From Candidatus Nomurabacteria bacterium (GTDB taxonomy: Bacteria > Patescibacteriota > Minisyncoccia > Phycocordibacterales > UBA9973): 54,223 nucleotides of DNA. Positions 18,778 through 28,406 of this stretch are shown here, in pieces. A program made the translations under genes and the position numbers. The stretch spans positions 105,362-159,584 of the forward strand of contig PMDZ01000008.1 in assembly GCA_003155695.1 (NCBI GenBank), read 5' to 3'. The notes beneath the pieces are model-generated. The model was not told the origin of the DNA, did not search any database, and was given only the letters and a program-made list of their open reading frames with translations. The number at the start of each line of letters is the position of its first letter. Position 1 is the first letter of the stretch.

Positions 18778-20472
18778 CTACTGCAAATATTCTGGTGTAT
18801 AGACGCTCATATAATCAATGACATCACTCATGACACGAGTGGCGTTGCCGGAGGCAGCCTTGGGACCACGCTCCATGACAAGAGCAAAAGCATATTTAGG
18901 ATTTTCGTACGGGAAAAAACCGATAATCCAGGAGTTTGTATTCGTGTTTCCCAAACCAACCTGAGCCGTTCCGGACTTGGCGGCAACTTCGACTGATGGA
19001 AGATTAAGTGCGGTCGCTGTCCCTCCGGTCACGGCCATCCGCATCCCTTCGTGGATAACATTCATATCATTTGTATCTACAGGAACAACTTCTGGCGTCT
19101 CGAAATTTTTATCGGCAAGGGTAATGTGCGGAGTATAAATTGTTCCATTATTTGCAATACCCGCCACGGCTTTGACCATTTGAATGGGGGTCACTTGTAA
19201 ACCGTACTGACCAATGGCCGTATTATAAGTGTCACCGATTCTCCATGGTTCTCCTTTAAAAGTTATTGCTTTCCATTCCGGGGTTGGAATTGTACCGTCT
19301 TTTTCGCCACCAATATTGATACCCGTTTTTTCTCCGACACCAAACATTCTCAAATATTTATCAATATTCAAAATCCCCAAACCTTTTTGGTCCTGATATC
19401 CTCCTCCAACTTCATAAAAATAAACATCGGAAGATACAGCAATCGCTTTTCTCATATCCACATAACCAAATGTTCCGTGGTCAATAAATACGGATTTTTT
19501 ATTGGGATAATATGGATTGGGTATTGAGATTGAACCATTTGAAAATATTACTTGAAGTGGTGTTATGACACTCTCAGCCAAAGCCCCATATCCAAGAAAT
19601 GGTTTTACGATTGACCCCGGACTGTAAAGTCCCGAAACCGCACGGTTGAGAAATACTTTGCTTTTATCGGAAAAATATCCATTGATAGTTTTACTATCGT
19701 CACCTTCCGACAATACATTATCGTTATATTCGGGAAAACTTGTCATAGCGAGCAGTTCCCCAGTTTTTATATTCATAATCGCCCCAGCTCCGCCTTGAAA
19801 TCCCACATTCTTTGCCATATCGGATATTGATTCATACATCTTTTTTTGGATTCTGGCATCAATAGAAAGGTTGACGTCGGTTCCGGCTTTCGGTAGTGAT
19901 ATCATATTCTCAGATTGAATAACTCCTTTCACGTCGGTCTCGGTAATACGTTCGCCGTTAATTCCTGTCAATGTATCATTAAAGTAACTTTCAACACCAT
20001 CCTTGCCGATAAAATTATCTTGCCAATAATATCCCGAAGAATCTTTTGCCGGAGCACTCGTATAACCAAGAAGCAGTCCAAACCCGGGAGTCGCATAGTA
20101 AGACCGAATAGGTGACGATAATTTGTCAACGTCCTCATTGCCCCAGGTGTTCCAGGAAAGTAGAACTTTATTGCGGTCATAGATTAATCCCCTATCGGCA
20201 AAAATTGGCCGCTTCATTAAAGTATTATTCTCACTTTTTTGGAAATATGCATTTCCTTTAATTATTTGAAGATTAACAACTTGCCAAATTAATATAAACG
20301 AAAACCCAAGGAAAAATAAGCCAACTAAAAAAATTGTGCGTTTGGGAATTGCTTTCTCTAACCTGCCTTCAAATTGTTGAGTATTGAAGTTCGGTAAATT
20401 TTTGGAATCAAGAAAAATTTCATCCGGGTCGATATTTTTTTTTATTTTTTTGTGATTGATGCGAAATCTCAT
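18778..20472 (-). CDS. mrdA: Penicillin-binding protein 2
   Basis: ADRGLIYDRN, YSPGSIVK, SSDVYFY, KSGTAQ. Confidence 0.88.
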   Translation of the reverse strand: MRFRINHKKIKKNIDPDEIFLDSKNLPNFNTQQFEGRLEKAIPKRTIFLVGLFFLGFSFILIWQVVNLQIIKGNAYFQKSENNTLMKRPIFADRGLIYDRNKVLLSWNTWGNEDVDKLSSPIRSYYATPGFGLLLGYTSAPAKDSSGYYWQDNFIGKDGVESYFNDTLTGINGERITETDVKGVIQSENMISLPKAGTDVNLSIDARIQKKMYESISDMAKNVGFQGGAGAIMNIKTGELLAMTSFPEYNDNVLSEGDDSKTINGYFSDKSKVFLNRAVSGLYSPGSIVKPFLGYGALAESVITPLQVIFSNGSISIPNPYYPNKKSVFIDHGTFGYVDMRKAIAVSSDVYFYEVGGGYQDQKGLGILNIDKYLRMFGVGEKTGINIGGEKDGTIPTPEWKAITFKGEPWRIGDTYNTAIGQYGLQVTPIQMVKAVAGIANNGTIYTPHITLADKNFETPEVVPVDTNDMNVIHEGMRMAVTGGTATALNLPSVEVAAKSGTAQVGLGNTNTNSWIIGFFPYENPKYAFALVMERGPKAASGNATRVMSDVIDYMSVYTPEYLQ

Positions 20473-20474
20473 TT

Positions 20475-20741
20475 TTATTTTTTATATAAAATAATATTGC
20501 TACGAATAAATTGGATAATGACGTATAAGATGATAATGGCTAAAGAAAAAAATATTGGAGAAGAAATCAATCTCTCTCCGGGAATAGCAAACAGCGAATA
20601 AATAATTACGTCTGTGATGATAAATTCGTAAAAATCCTTGAAAACAAAAATACCGACAAAAGCAAGCGAGATACTGACCCACCAGGGAAAAACAAACACC
20701 GAAATGAATAATACGATATCAAAAATAATCCTCTTTGCCAT
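20475..20741 (-). CDS. Small multi-TM protein (in the position usually occupied by mreD)
   Basis: Hydrophobic 88 aa directly upstream of mrdA. Confidence 0.65.
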   Translation of the reverse strand: MAKRIIFDIVLFISVFVFPWWVSISLAFVGIFVFKDFYEFIITDVIIYSLFAIPGERLISSPIFFSLAIIILYVIIQFIRSNIILYKK

Positions 20742-20781
20742 GATAGGATTATACTTTATAAAGTCTTTATTGACAAATAAA

Positions 20782-21612
20782 TTATCTGTTTCGTATCATG
20801 CGATAGATGAAACGGATAATTAAAAAGACAATAAGTATTACAAGGCCGTAAAAGATTATTTTACTTCCTAAAACAAAAGCAAAAAGTGAGAACAGAAAGA
20901 GCTTGATGTAAGCAATCGGTTTTTCGGTCGCGCTTGAAAGACTAACATTTTCTTTTGGTGTTTCGGTTACTTTTTCCTTTTCGCTATTAATTTGGTCAAT
21001 TTTATTTTGTGTATCATTTTTAATAGCTGTCACCTGCGTAAAAGTTTTATCGCGAAAATCATCGACAACGCTAAAACCATTCGTGACTGAAGTGCTGACA
21101 TTTTTCGGAACGATACTGTTTATCTCGGAACTTGTTTTATCTATTTGAGTCTGTAATTCTTTATCGGGTGAGACAGTCTCGCCAGCTTGATTTTTTGCCA
21201 CAACTGAAACAAATTGCCTATCCTCGGAAGTTGTAGTTCTATTCAAAACAATTTTTTCTTTCACTCCGGAAACAGTGGCAAGCGATGAGATAATTTTTGC
21301 CGAGATAACATGATCCCCGGCCGTAATTTTCCACGGGACAAAAACATCTTTCAATTCGGATGCCAGCAAAATTACATCCCGACTTCCCAAGATGACATTC
21401 TTGTCGTAAAATTCCACTTTGGCAGAAATAGAATCTTTTTCTCCATTCCAAATTGCAGTATGAATATTTATCGTATCACCATCCACAAGTGCAGCTTTGG
21501 AATACCAAATTTGCCCGGGAATAAATCCGGAATTAACCAAAGTCTCGGCATAGACAGGAAATGCCAAAATAACGGACAATATAATCAAAAAAAATAAAAA
21601 ATATTTTTTCAT
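20782..21612 (-). CDS. Exported protein with an Ig-like (CARDB-like) domain and a C-terminal TM anchor
   Basis: Signal peptide ending VYA, beta-rich domain (VPWKITAGDHVISA), C-terminal hydrophobic helices. Confidence 0.7.
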   Translation of the reverse strand: MKKYFLFFLIILSVILAFPVYAETLVNSGFIPGQIWYSKAALVDGDTINIHTAIWNGEKDSISAKVEFYDKNVILGSRDVILLASELKDVFVPWKITAGDHVISAKIISSLATVSGVKEKIVLNRTTTSEDRQFVSVVAKNQAGETVSPDKELQTQIDKTSSEINSIVPKNVSTSVTNGFSVVDDFRDKTFTQVTAIKNDTQNKIDQINSEKEKVTETPKENVSLSSATEKPIAYIKLFLFSLFAFVLGSKIIFYGLVILIVFLIIRFIYRMIRNR

Positions 21613-21614
21613 TA

Positions 21615-22340
21615 TTACTTTAACGTAAACGAGGCTTTAACCGTGATCATTATATTTTTCTCTATTTGTGAAGTATCGTAAGAACCATAATCAGAAACAT
21701 CCAGAGAGTTTGCGGACATCACTTGGACTACACCAGATGATGCACTTTTTAGTTGGCCAACCGATTTACCACTTGATTGTGCAAGTTGCGCTGCGCGAGC
21801 TTTAGCATCTTTTATTGCATCGGCTAACATTGCTACACGCTCTTCAGGTAGTTTTGTGTATGTATATTCAAGTGACTGGGTTGAAAAAATAACACCTTTT
21901 TCGATAATTGGATTAATGTTTTTGGCGATTTCGGTAATTCCATTCACATCGGAAGAATTTACTTCAATAGTTTGCCGAAGAGTATATGTTTTTGCCGAGT
22001 TATTATCATAATTTTGATCCATAGAAACAGCAGAAATAATTATTTGGTCACTCGGAATATTTTTGTCTTTTAGAAAAGATTGAACAACAGAAATATCATT
22101 TGTCATATTAGAGTATCCGATTTTTAGCGCATCAAGCGTCACTATACGACTAATAGAACCAACCCATCGCACATGGTCGGACGTTACAGCTTTTGAAGTT
22201 GAACCTGTGACAGTTAATGTATTATCAAAAGATTTGACTTGATAAAAAACGTAAGCACCTACGAGCGTACTAATAATAATTGCTAATCCTAATATAAATT
22301 TTGTATTAAGCCACAAAAGAGCTTTGTTATTGTTTTCCAT
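21615..22340 (-). CDS. SIMPL (DUF541) domain protein
   Basis: LTVTGS, AIKDAKARA, ASSGVVQV, VKASF. Confidence 0.85.
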   Translation of the reverse strand: MENNNKALLWLNTKFILGLAIIISTLVGAYVFYQVKSFDNTLTVTGSTSKAVTSDHVRWVGSISRIVTLDALKIGYSNMTNDISVVQSFLKDKNIPSDQIIISAVSMDQNYDNNSAKTYTLRQTIEVNSSDVNGITEIAKNINPIIEKGVIFSTQSLEYTYTKLPEERVAMLADAIKDAKARAAQLAQSSGKSVGQLKSASSGVVQVMSANSLDVSDYGSYDTSQIEKNIMITVKASFTLK

Positions 22341-22347
22341 TTATCTA

Positions 22348-23724
22348 TTATACCATATTTTTTAATAAGAAGTCTCCAACTTTTGAAGCTTCACCGGCGC
22401 CCATTGTCACTATGACATTTCTATTGTTCATATTTAGAAGTTTATCTTTTAGAAATAATTCTGCACTTTGAAAATCTTTAAAAGCTTTGGCGTTTCCGGT
22501 ATACTTGTTTATTTCTCTTGCCAAAATTTCCGAAGAAATACTTCCGTCGTTAACTTCTCGGGCATAATAAATAGGCAAAAGAAGAACTTCATCCGTATCG
22601 CTGAAACTTTGAGCAAAATCATTCAATAATAATTTCGTTCGAGAAAATAAATGAGGTTGGAATATTACAGTCAGCATCCAGCCGTTTTCTTTCGGATACA
22701 ATTCTCGGAAGCCTTCCAGCGTCGCTTTTATTTCCGTCGGATGGTGGGCATAATCGTCATACAAAAGCGACCCTTGTGATAAAGCACCCCTAAACTCAAA
22801 TCGTTTCCAAGTTCCGGGAAATTCTTCTAAATATTTTTCGGAGTAGGATTGTGAAATATTTAATATCGTTGCCACAGCCATTGCCGCAGCCGCGTCTTTT
22901 TTATTATGGATTCCAGGCATTTTTAATTTCAAATTTTCATCATAATAATCCTGCCAATTTATAATTTTGGCTTTTATATCTTTTATAACATCGGCGATAT
23001 TTTCATCCGTCGGATTACAAACAACGTATCCGTCTTCGGGCACTTTCATGGCCATTTCCCTGAAGGCACTCTTAATATCTTCTATATCTTTATAATAATC
23101 CAAATGGTCATTATCGATATTGGTAATAACTAAAATTTTCGGGTTAATATTCAAAAATGACCTTCTATACTCACAAGCTTCGACGACTAAGTATTTACTC
23201 TTTCCGGCAATAAAATTGGTCTTGTTTTTCAATAAACTTCCAATGATAACTGTCGGGTCTTTGTCTGTATCAATTAAAATTTGTGAAATCATCCCAGTTG
23301 TCGTCGTCTTACCATGAGTACCGGAAACAGCAATCGTATACTTGTCCTTGCTGATAATGCCGAGCATTTGCGGATACGACCGAACAGGAATTTCTGTTCC
23401 TTGCCCGTCTTCGTTTTTGTGAAGAACAGGGTGTTCTTTTATTTTTTTTGCCAGTTCCGGATCATAAGTGTCTATGGCAATCGTGTAAACTATCAAATCT
23501 GTATCTTTTGGAATGTTTTCATATGATTGACCAATTTTGATATCAATTCCTGGTTGCATTGGCAAATTAATTTTCCGCAGTTCATCTACAATTTCCCCTT
23601 CCTGCATATCCTGACCGGTCACAACTTTCCCCTCGTGGAACATCATCCTGGCAATCGCCGAAATCCCGATTCCGCCAATCCCGATAAAATGCACATTTTT
23701 AATTTTTGATAAATCCAGGTCCAT
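22348..23724 (-). CDS. murC: UDP-N-acetylmuramate--L-alanine ligase
   Basis: HFIGIGGIGISA, GTHGKTTTT, EACEY, DDYAHHPTE, FQPH. Confidence 0.95.
   Translation of the reverse strand: MDLDLSKIKNVHFIGIGGIGISAIARMMFHEGKVVTGQDMQEGEIVDELRKINLPMQPGIDIKIGQSYENIPKDTDLIVYTIAIDTYDPELAKKIKEHPVLHKNEDGQGTEIPVRSYPQMLGIISKDKYTIAVSGTHGKTTTTGMISQILIDTDKDPTVIIGSLLKNKTNFIAGKSKYLVVEACEYRRSFLNINPKILVITNIDNDHLDYYKDIEDIKSAFREMAMKVPEDGYVVCNPTDENIADVIKDIKAKIINWQDYYDENLKLKMPGIHNKKDAAAAMAVATILNISQSYSEKYLEEFPGTWKRFEFRGALSQGSLLYDDYAHHPTEIKATLEGFRELYPKENGWMLTVIFQPHLFSRTKLLLNDFAQSFSDTDEVLLLPIYYAREVNDGSISSEILAREINKYTGNAKAFKDFQSAELFLKDKLLNMNNRNVIVTMGAGEASKVGDFLLKNMV
23399..23431 (-). repeat. In-frame palindromic element in murC
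   Basis: CCCTGTTCTTC-ACAAAAAC-GAAGACGGGCAAGG; encodes PVLHKNEDGQG. Confidence 0.65.
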
Positions 23725-23725
23725 A

Positions 23726-24337
23726 TTATTTTAAATCCTTAATCATTTTAACCAATTCCGGGAATTTTGGTACACGGAAATGACCATTTTTACTTTTATA
23801 AATAATGATTTTTGCATTCTTCAATTTATTTCGGTATTTTTCGGCGTGAGAAACAGGAACAACATCGTCATCTTTCGAAAATAACAGAACTAGATTTTTG
23901 GTACTGTTATTCAACCAAGAAAGGTCCGATTTGAGACTAAAACCTCCAACCAAATCTTCCCCTGTTAAAGTATTATCAAATGGAGAACAAATTAAATACA
24001 CAACTAATATTTTCTTGGGAAATTTATTTTCCGATAGATACTTTGCTAAAAATATTCCACCTAATGAACCTCCGATTAAAATAACGTTATTCCTTAAATA
24101 CGGAAAATGCCTTTCAAAATGAATCTTCCAATCCTTATACTTTGCATTTTCCGGCAATGGCATATTGGGTTTAATAATTTCAAAATTTCTGCCCATTGCT
24201 CTATCAAAATTGTCACCACTCCATCTTATTTTCTTTTCTATTGAAATTTCTCTTGTTTTCAGGTAGCGTAAGTAATCTTTTTGACTTTTAAAGGTCATTC
24301 CTCCATGAATCATGAATATTTGTGTTTTCTTTTTCAT
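23726..24337 (-). CDS. Alpha/beta hydrolase (RBBP9/YdeN-like)
   Basis: IHGG, GGSLGG nucleophile elbow, SKDDDVVP, GHF. Confidence 0.85.
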   Translation of the reverse strand: MKKKTQIFMIHGGMTFKSQKDYLRYLKTREISIEKKIRWSGDNFDRAMGRNFEIIKPNMPLPENAKYKDWKIHFERHFPYLRNNVILIGGSLGGIFLAKYLSENKFPKKILVVYLICSPFDNTLTGEDLVGGFSLKSDLSWLNNSTKNLVLLFSKDDDVVPVSHAEKYRNKLKNAKIIIYKSKNGHFRVPKFPELVKMIKDLK

Positions 24338-24341
24338 AAAA

Positions 24342-24950
24342 TTATTTACTTAAATCAATACCAATATTTTCAATATATTCCACAAAAGAGTCACTGTCTG
24401 TGTATAAATAACCATTAATCCCGACATCTATCGCACCATCTACATTTTCCTTGCTATCATCGATAAATAACGATTCTTCTGGTTTCGAATTAATTTTATC
24501 AAGGGTGTGCATGTATATTTCTTTATTTGGTTTTACCATCCCAATAGATGCGGAAATAATTATTTCATCAAATAGGTTTTTAAATTCCGGGTAAGTACTA
24601 TATACTTTTCTTTCAAAAAAAGTCGAATTGGAATTAGACAAAAGAACAGTTTTGTAACCTTTACTTTTTAATTTTTTGATAATGTCTGCCAATTTTGTAT
24701 CAAGTGTTAAATAACTATCGATTTCATTGCGTAATTCTTCTTTTGAAAAATTTATGTCTTCGTATTTCATAATATATTCAAAAATATCGTTTTCCGATAA
24801 TTTCCCTAAATCAGACTGAATAAGCATCTTTTTAAAATTATCATCTACAAACCCCTTTTTTAATCTATGCTCTTTATACCACCCGTTTATTACCGGGTCG
24901 CAAATTACTCCAAAACAATCAAATATTATTGTGTTTATTTTTGGATGCAT
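24342..24950 (-). CDS. HAD family phosphatase
   Basis: IIFDCFGV, LLSN, GMVKP, FIDD. Confidence 0.88.
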   Translation of the reverse strand: MHPKINTIIFDCFGVICDPVINGWYKEHRLKKGFVDDNFKKMLIQSDLGKLSENDIFEYIMKYEDINFSKEELRNEIDSYLTLDTKLADIIKKLKSKGYKTVLLSNSNSTFFERKVYSTYPEFKNLFDEIIISASIGMVKPNKEIYMHTLDKINSKPEESLFIDDSKENVDGAIDVGINGYLYTDSDSFVEYIENIGIDLSK

Positions 24951-24954
24951 ATAA

Positions 24955-26337
24955 TTATTTCAATCCTTTGATTATTTTCATAAGCAGGTCGTTTCTTTCG
25001 TATTCGTTATTGAAAACTCCAAACGAAGCAAAAGCCGGGGAGAAAAGAATTATATCACCGCGTTTTGCCAGAATAAGAGCGGTTTTTATTGATTCAGCGA
25101 CGTCTTTTGCTGTGTGTTTTGCAACTTTTATATTTGATTTCTCGAGAGTATCCGTTCCTGTTCCAGGGATTGTCACGACTGCTTTGCAATGTTTATTGAC
25201 AGCGTTCAGGAAACTTTCAAGTGGAAGGTTTTTGTCGGACCCACCACAAATCAAGATTATATTTTTCTTGTCACTTTTTAGCGCTTCAATTCCGGCAACT
25301 GTCGCCTCTGGGGTTGTAGCATTGTTATCATTGTAGATTTTTATTCCTTTGTATGTTCGCAAAAGTTGAAGGCGACCTTCCAGATTTTTAAAACTTTCAA
25401 TTTCTTTTTTTATTTTTGGAAGCGGGATACCCAATTGTTTTGCCACTTCAACCGCGCACACCATATTCTCCCGATGATGAATTCCCGGAACATTGAATTT
25501 CCAACTAGCTGTTTCTTTTGTATTTATAATAATAAACTTCCCTTTCACCCTAAACGCTTCAGTAGAAGCGTCGGGCGATCCAACTTTGTTAGATTTAGCC
25601 TTTCTCTTGATAAGTTCCTTCATCCCCGGGCGGATAATGAGAATATCGTCCTTGTTTTGATATTTAAAAATATTTGTTTTATCTTCAAAATATTTTTCCA
25701 TCGAATTTCTGTAATAATTCATATGATCCGGCATAAAAGTGGTAAATACCGAGATGTGAGGAGAAATTTTATTATCGCCAAAACCTTGCAACTGCCAGGA
25801 ATCAAGCTCGCAAACAAGGATATCACCTTCATTTACTTTCTTTAATAACGGCAAAGTCGCAATTCCCCGGAGATTTCCACCCACATATACATTTCTTTTT
25901 AGCAATTTTTCGTTGTCCTTTAAAATCTTATATATTAAGGTTGTCGTGATTGATTTTCCTCGTGTCCCAGTCACTCCGATAAGCATCACTCCAGGCGCCA
26001 TCTTGGCGAAAAGCGAAACATCCATTTCTATTGGGATGCAGTGAATTTTTGCTTCGGCTATAAATATCGAATCAAGTGGAACGCCAGCCGATTTAATAAT
26101 CATGTCTCTATTTTTGAAATCTTCCAGTCGGTGTTCGCCAAGAGTAAATTTTATGTTTGGAAATTTTTCCAAAGCCTTGAGTGAAGTTGCAAGTTGTTCT
26201 TTGGTTTTTAGGTCGGTCACTATCAAATCCGCTCCGCATTCCGCCAGGAATTTGGTGTAGCCCAATCCTCGCCCCAAAAGCCCTAGCCCCATGACCGTGA
26301 TTTTCTTCCCTTTAAATTGTTGTTTGTAGTTTTGCAT
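24955..26337 (-). CDS. murD: UDP-N-acetylmuramoyl-L-alanine--D-glutamate ligase
   Basis: GLGLLG, TGTRGKS, ELDSWQL, DHMNY, SPAFASF. Confidence 0.94.
   Translation of the reverse strand: MQNYKQQFKGKKITVMGLGLLGRGLGYTKFLAECGADLIVTDLKTKEQLATSLKALEKFPNIKFTLGEHRLEDFKNRDMIIKSAGVPLDSIFIAEAKIHCIPIEMDVSLFAKMAPGVMLIGVTGTRGKSITTTLIYKILKDNEKLLKRNVYVGGNLRGIATLPLLKKVNEGDILVCELDSWQLQGFGDNKISPHISVFTTFMPDHMNYYRNSMEKYFEDKTNIFKYQNKDDILIIRPGMKELIKRKAKSNKVGSPDASTEAFRVKGKFIIINTKETASWKFNVPGIHHRENMVCAVEVAKQLGIPLPKIKKEIESFKNLEGRLQLLRTYKGIKIYNDNNATTPEATVAGIEALKSDKKNIILICGGSDKNLPLESFLNAVNKHCKAVVTIPGTGTDTLEKSNIKVAKHTAKDVAESIKTALILAKRGDIILFSPAFASFGVFNNEYERNDLLMKIIKGLK
25545..25584 (-). repeat. In-frame palindromic element in murD
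   Basis: Plus strand TCACCC-TAA-ACGCTTC-AGTA-GAAGCGT-C-GGGCGA; encodes VGSPDASTEAFRV. Confidence 0.7.
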
Positions 26338-27770
26338 TATTTTAAATATTTCTGTAATTCCTCCATATCGTCAAAATGATTTTTGACTCCGTTTATTTCT
26401 TGATAATTTTCGTGTCCTTTGCCGGCCAAAAGAATATAATCGCCCTTTTTTGCCGTCTTGCATGCTTTTTCAATTGCCACATGCCGGTCAATAATAATTT
26501 CCACTTTATCAATGGCTTCAAGAGGCAAGCCTTTTTGCAAATCACTTAAGATATCTTCCGGTTTTTCGGTCCGAGGATTATCGGAAGTAAGAATAAGAAT
26601 ATCGCTCATGTCATAACCGATTTTAGCCATTATCGGACGTTTACTCTTATCCCTGTCACCACCGCAACCAACAACCGTAATAACTTTTCCTTTTCCTTTC
26701 ATATCATTTATCGTCTTTAATACATTTTCCAAAGCATCGGGAGTATGGGCATAATCGACAATTCCCGTAATATTATTTTTGCTTTTTATGTATTGGAACC
26801 TGCCCGGAACCGATTCCAAATCTTTAATAATTTCTTTGACTCTTTCCCCGCCTACTCCCGACAAAGGAGGGCGGGCAGGTTTATCTTCTTCCAAAAGTAA
26901 CATTGCAACTGCATATACACCTAAGACATTATAAGCATTAAATTCCCCAATCAATTTTGTTTCCAAATGTTCATTAAAATCAGCTTTTTTCTTAAGACTT
27001 AAAGTATATTTATGAGCTTTGGTTGTACTCAACATATATTCTCCTCTTTCATCGTCTATATTTGTAACCGCAAAACCGGTAGCCGGCAACATATCGAAAA
27101 ATTCTTTTTTTGCATTACTGTAATTTTCTATAGTTTTGTGATAATCTAAATGGTCAAGTGTTAGATTCGTAAATATTCCGCCGACAAAAGAAAGTCCTTC
27201 AATTCTTTTCTCGGAGACAGCATGAGAGCTGACTTCCATAAAACAATACTCACAACCATTATCAACCATTTCGGCAAATAATTTATTCAGAGCAATGGAG
27301 TCCGGAGTAGTACGAACTGCTTCACGAGAATCATCATTTATTTTATTAACTACGGTTCCAATCATTCCTGCTTTATATCCTAAATTGCGAAAAAGTTGAT
27401 GGAGTAATGTTGCGGTTGTCGTCTTGCCGTTTGTTCCCGTTACTCCCACCAATTTTAATTTGCGAGATGGATTGCCATAGAAATTATCGGCGATAATTCC
27501 AACAGCACTATGAGTATCCTCAACTTTTACATAAGTCACACCGCTTTTGAATTCTTTCGGGTCTTTTTCAAAAACAATAGTCGTTGCTCCTTTTTTAATA
27601 ACTTCATCAATAAAATCGTGTCCGTTAACGATGCTTCCGACAAGAGCCACAAATACTGCGTGCAGTTCTATATCCTTGGAATTTAGCGATACGGAAGATA
27701 CTTTGGCCTCGAGGTTGCCGTGGCTTTCCAATACTTTTACGTCTTCCAATAGTTCGCTTAATATTTTCAT
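26337..27770 (-). CDS. murE: UDP-N-acetylmuramoyl-dipeptide--diaminopimelate ligase
   Basis: GVTGTNGKTT, MEVSSH, DHLDYH, DYAHTPD, DNPR (mDAP-type motif), GKGHE. Confidence 0.95.
   Translation of the reverse strand: MKILSELLEDVKVLESHGNLEAKVSSVSLNSKDIELHAVFVALVGSIVNGHDFIDEVIKKGATTIVFEKDPKEFKSGVTYVKVEDTHSAVGIIADNFYGNPSRKLKLVGVTGTNGKTTTATLLHQLFRNLGYKAGMIGTVVNKINDDSREAVRTTPDSIALNKLFAEMVDNGCEYCFMEVSSHAVSEKRIEGLSFVGGIFTNLTLDHLDYHKTIENYSNAKKEFFDMLPATGFAVTNIDDERGEYMLSTTKAHKYTLSLKKKADFNEHLETKLIGEFNAYNVLGVYAVAMLLLEEDKPARPPLSGVGGERVKEIIKDLESVPGRFQYIKSKNNITGIVDYAHTPDALENVLKTINDMKGKGKVITVVGCGGDRDKSKRPIMAKIGYDMSDILILTSDNPRTEKPEDILSDLQKGLPLEAIDKVEIIIDRHVAIEKACKTAKKGDYILLAGKGHENYQEINGVKNHFDDMEELQKYLK
26847..26879 (+). 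repeat. In-frame palindromic element in murE
   Basis: CCCGCC-TA-CTCC-CGACAAA-GGAG-GGCGGG-CAGG, 33 nt; encodes PARPPLSGVGG. Confidence 0.8.
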
Positions 27771-27774
27771 ATAA

Positions 27775-28350
27775 TTATTCGTTTAACCACTTGTTATATT
27801 CTTCGATAACTTTTTGAGAAACTTCCACAAGAGGAATTTTTTCTGTATCTATAACCAAATCAAAATTGTTGTGTGCGGTATGGTCTTCTATCCCATATAA
27901 TTCTTTGTATCTTTTTCTTTCGCTCAATAGACGATTCTTTATACTTTCAATTACTTTTTCTTTTGAATCAAAAAGTGTTGCTTCGGTATACCTGTTCGGA
28001 TTTGTTCTTTTGTCTTCCAATATTCGCAGGCAAGCTATACTTGGGTCAAGCTCCAAAAAAACTTTAAATGAAGCTGGAATGAAATGAAAACCAAGTCTGG
28101 AATCCAACACAACGTTTTCCATTTTACCTATTTCCAAATTGTGATCATCCAGGGCTTTATCAATCGTATCATCCTTTTCGGCAATCAAGCTTAAATCAGT
28201 CAATGATATCCCTCTTTCGTTTGCAATCGAGCGCATAAAATCACCGGTTGAATAATGCTTGTAACTTAGAAGTTCTGCCACCAATTTGGCGGTTGATGAC
28301 TTGCCACTTCCGAGTTTACCGGCAATGGTGATAATGTGTTTTTTTACCAT
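27775..28350 (-). CDS. cmk: Cytidylate kinase, archaeal type
   Basis: ITIAGKLGSGKS, VLDSRLG, RYKELYGI, FDLVIDT. Confidence 0.85.
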   Translation of the reverse strand: MVKKHIITIAGKLGSGKSSTAKLVAELLSYKHYSTGDFMRSIANERGISLTDLSLIAEKDDTIDKALDDHNLEIGKMENVVLDSRLGFHFIPASFKVFLELDPSIACLRILEDKRTNPNRYTEATLFDSKEKVIESIKNRLLSERKRYKELYGIEDHTAHNNFDLVIDTEKIPLVEVSQKVIEEYNKWLNE

Positions 28351-28406
28351 ATCTTCAGGATATCACAAAAATAGTCAAATAAAAACCCTTATGGTATAGT
28401 AATTTT

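Noticed and set aside
23547-23570. Short apparent extra segment NLPMQPG in MurC
   Set aside because: May be a decayed element, but there is no convincing hairpin or family terminus.
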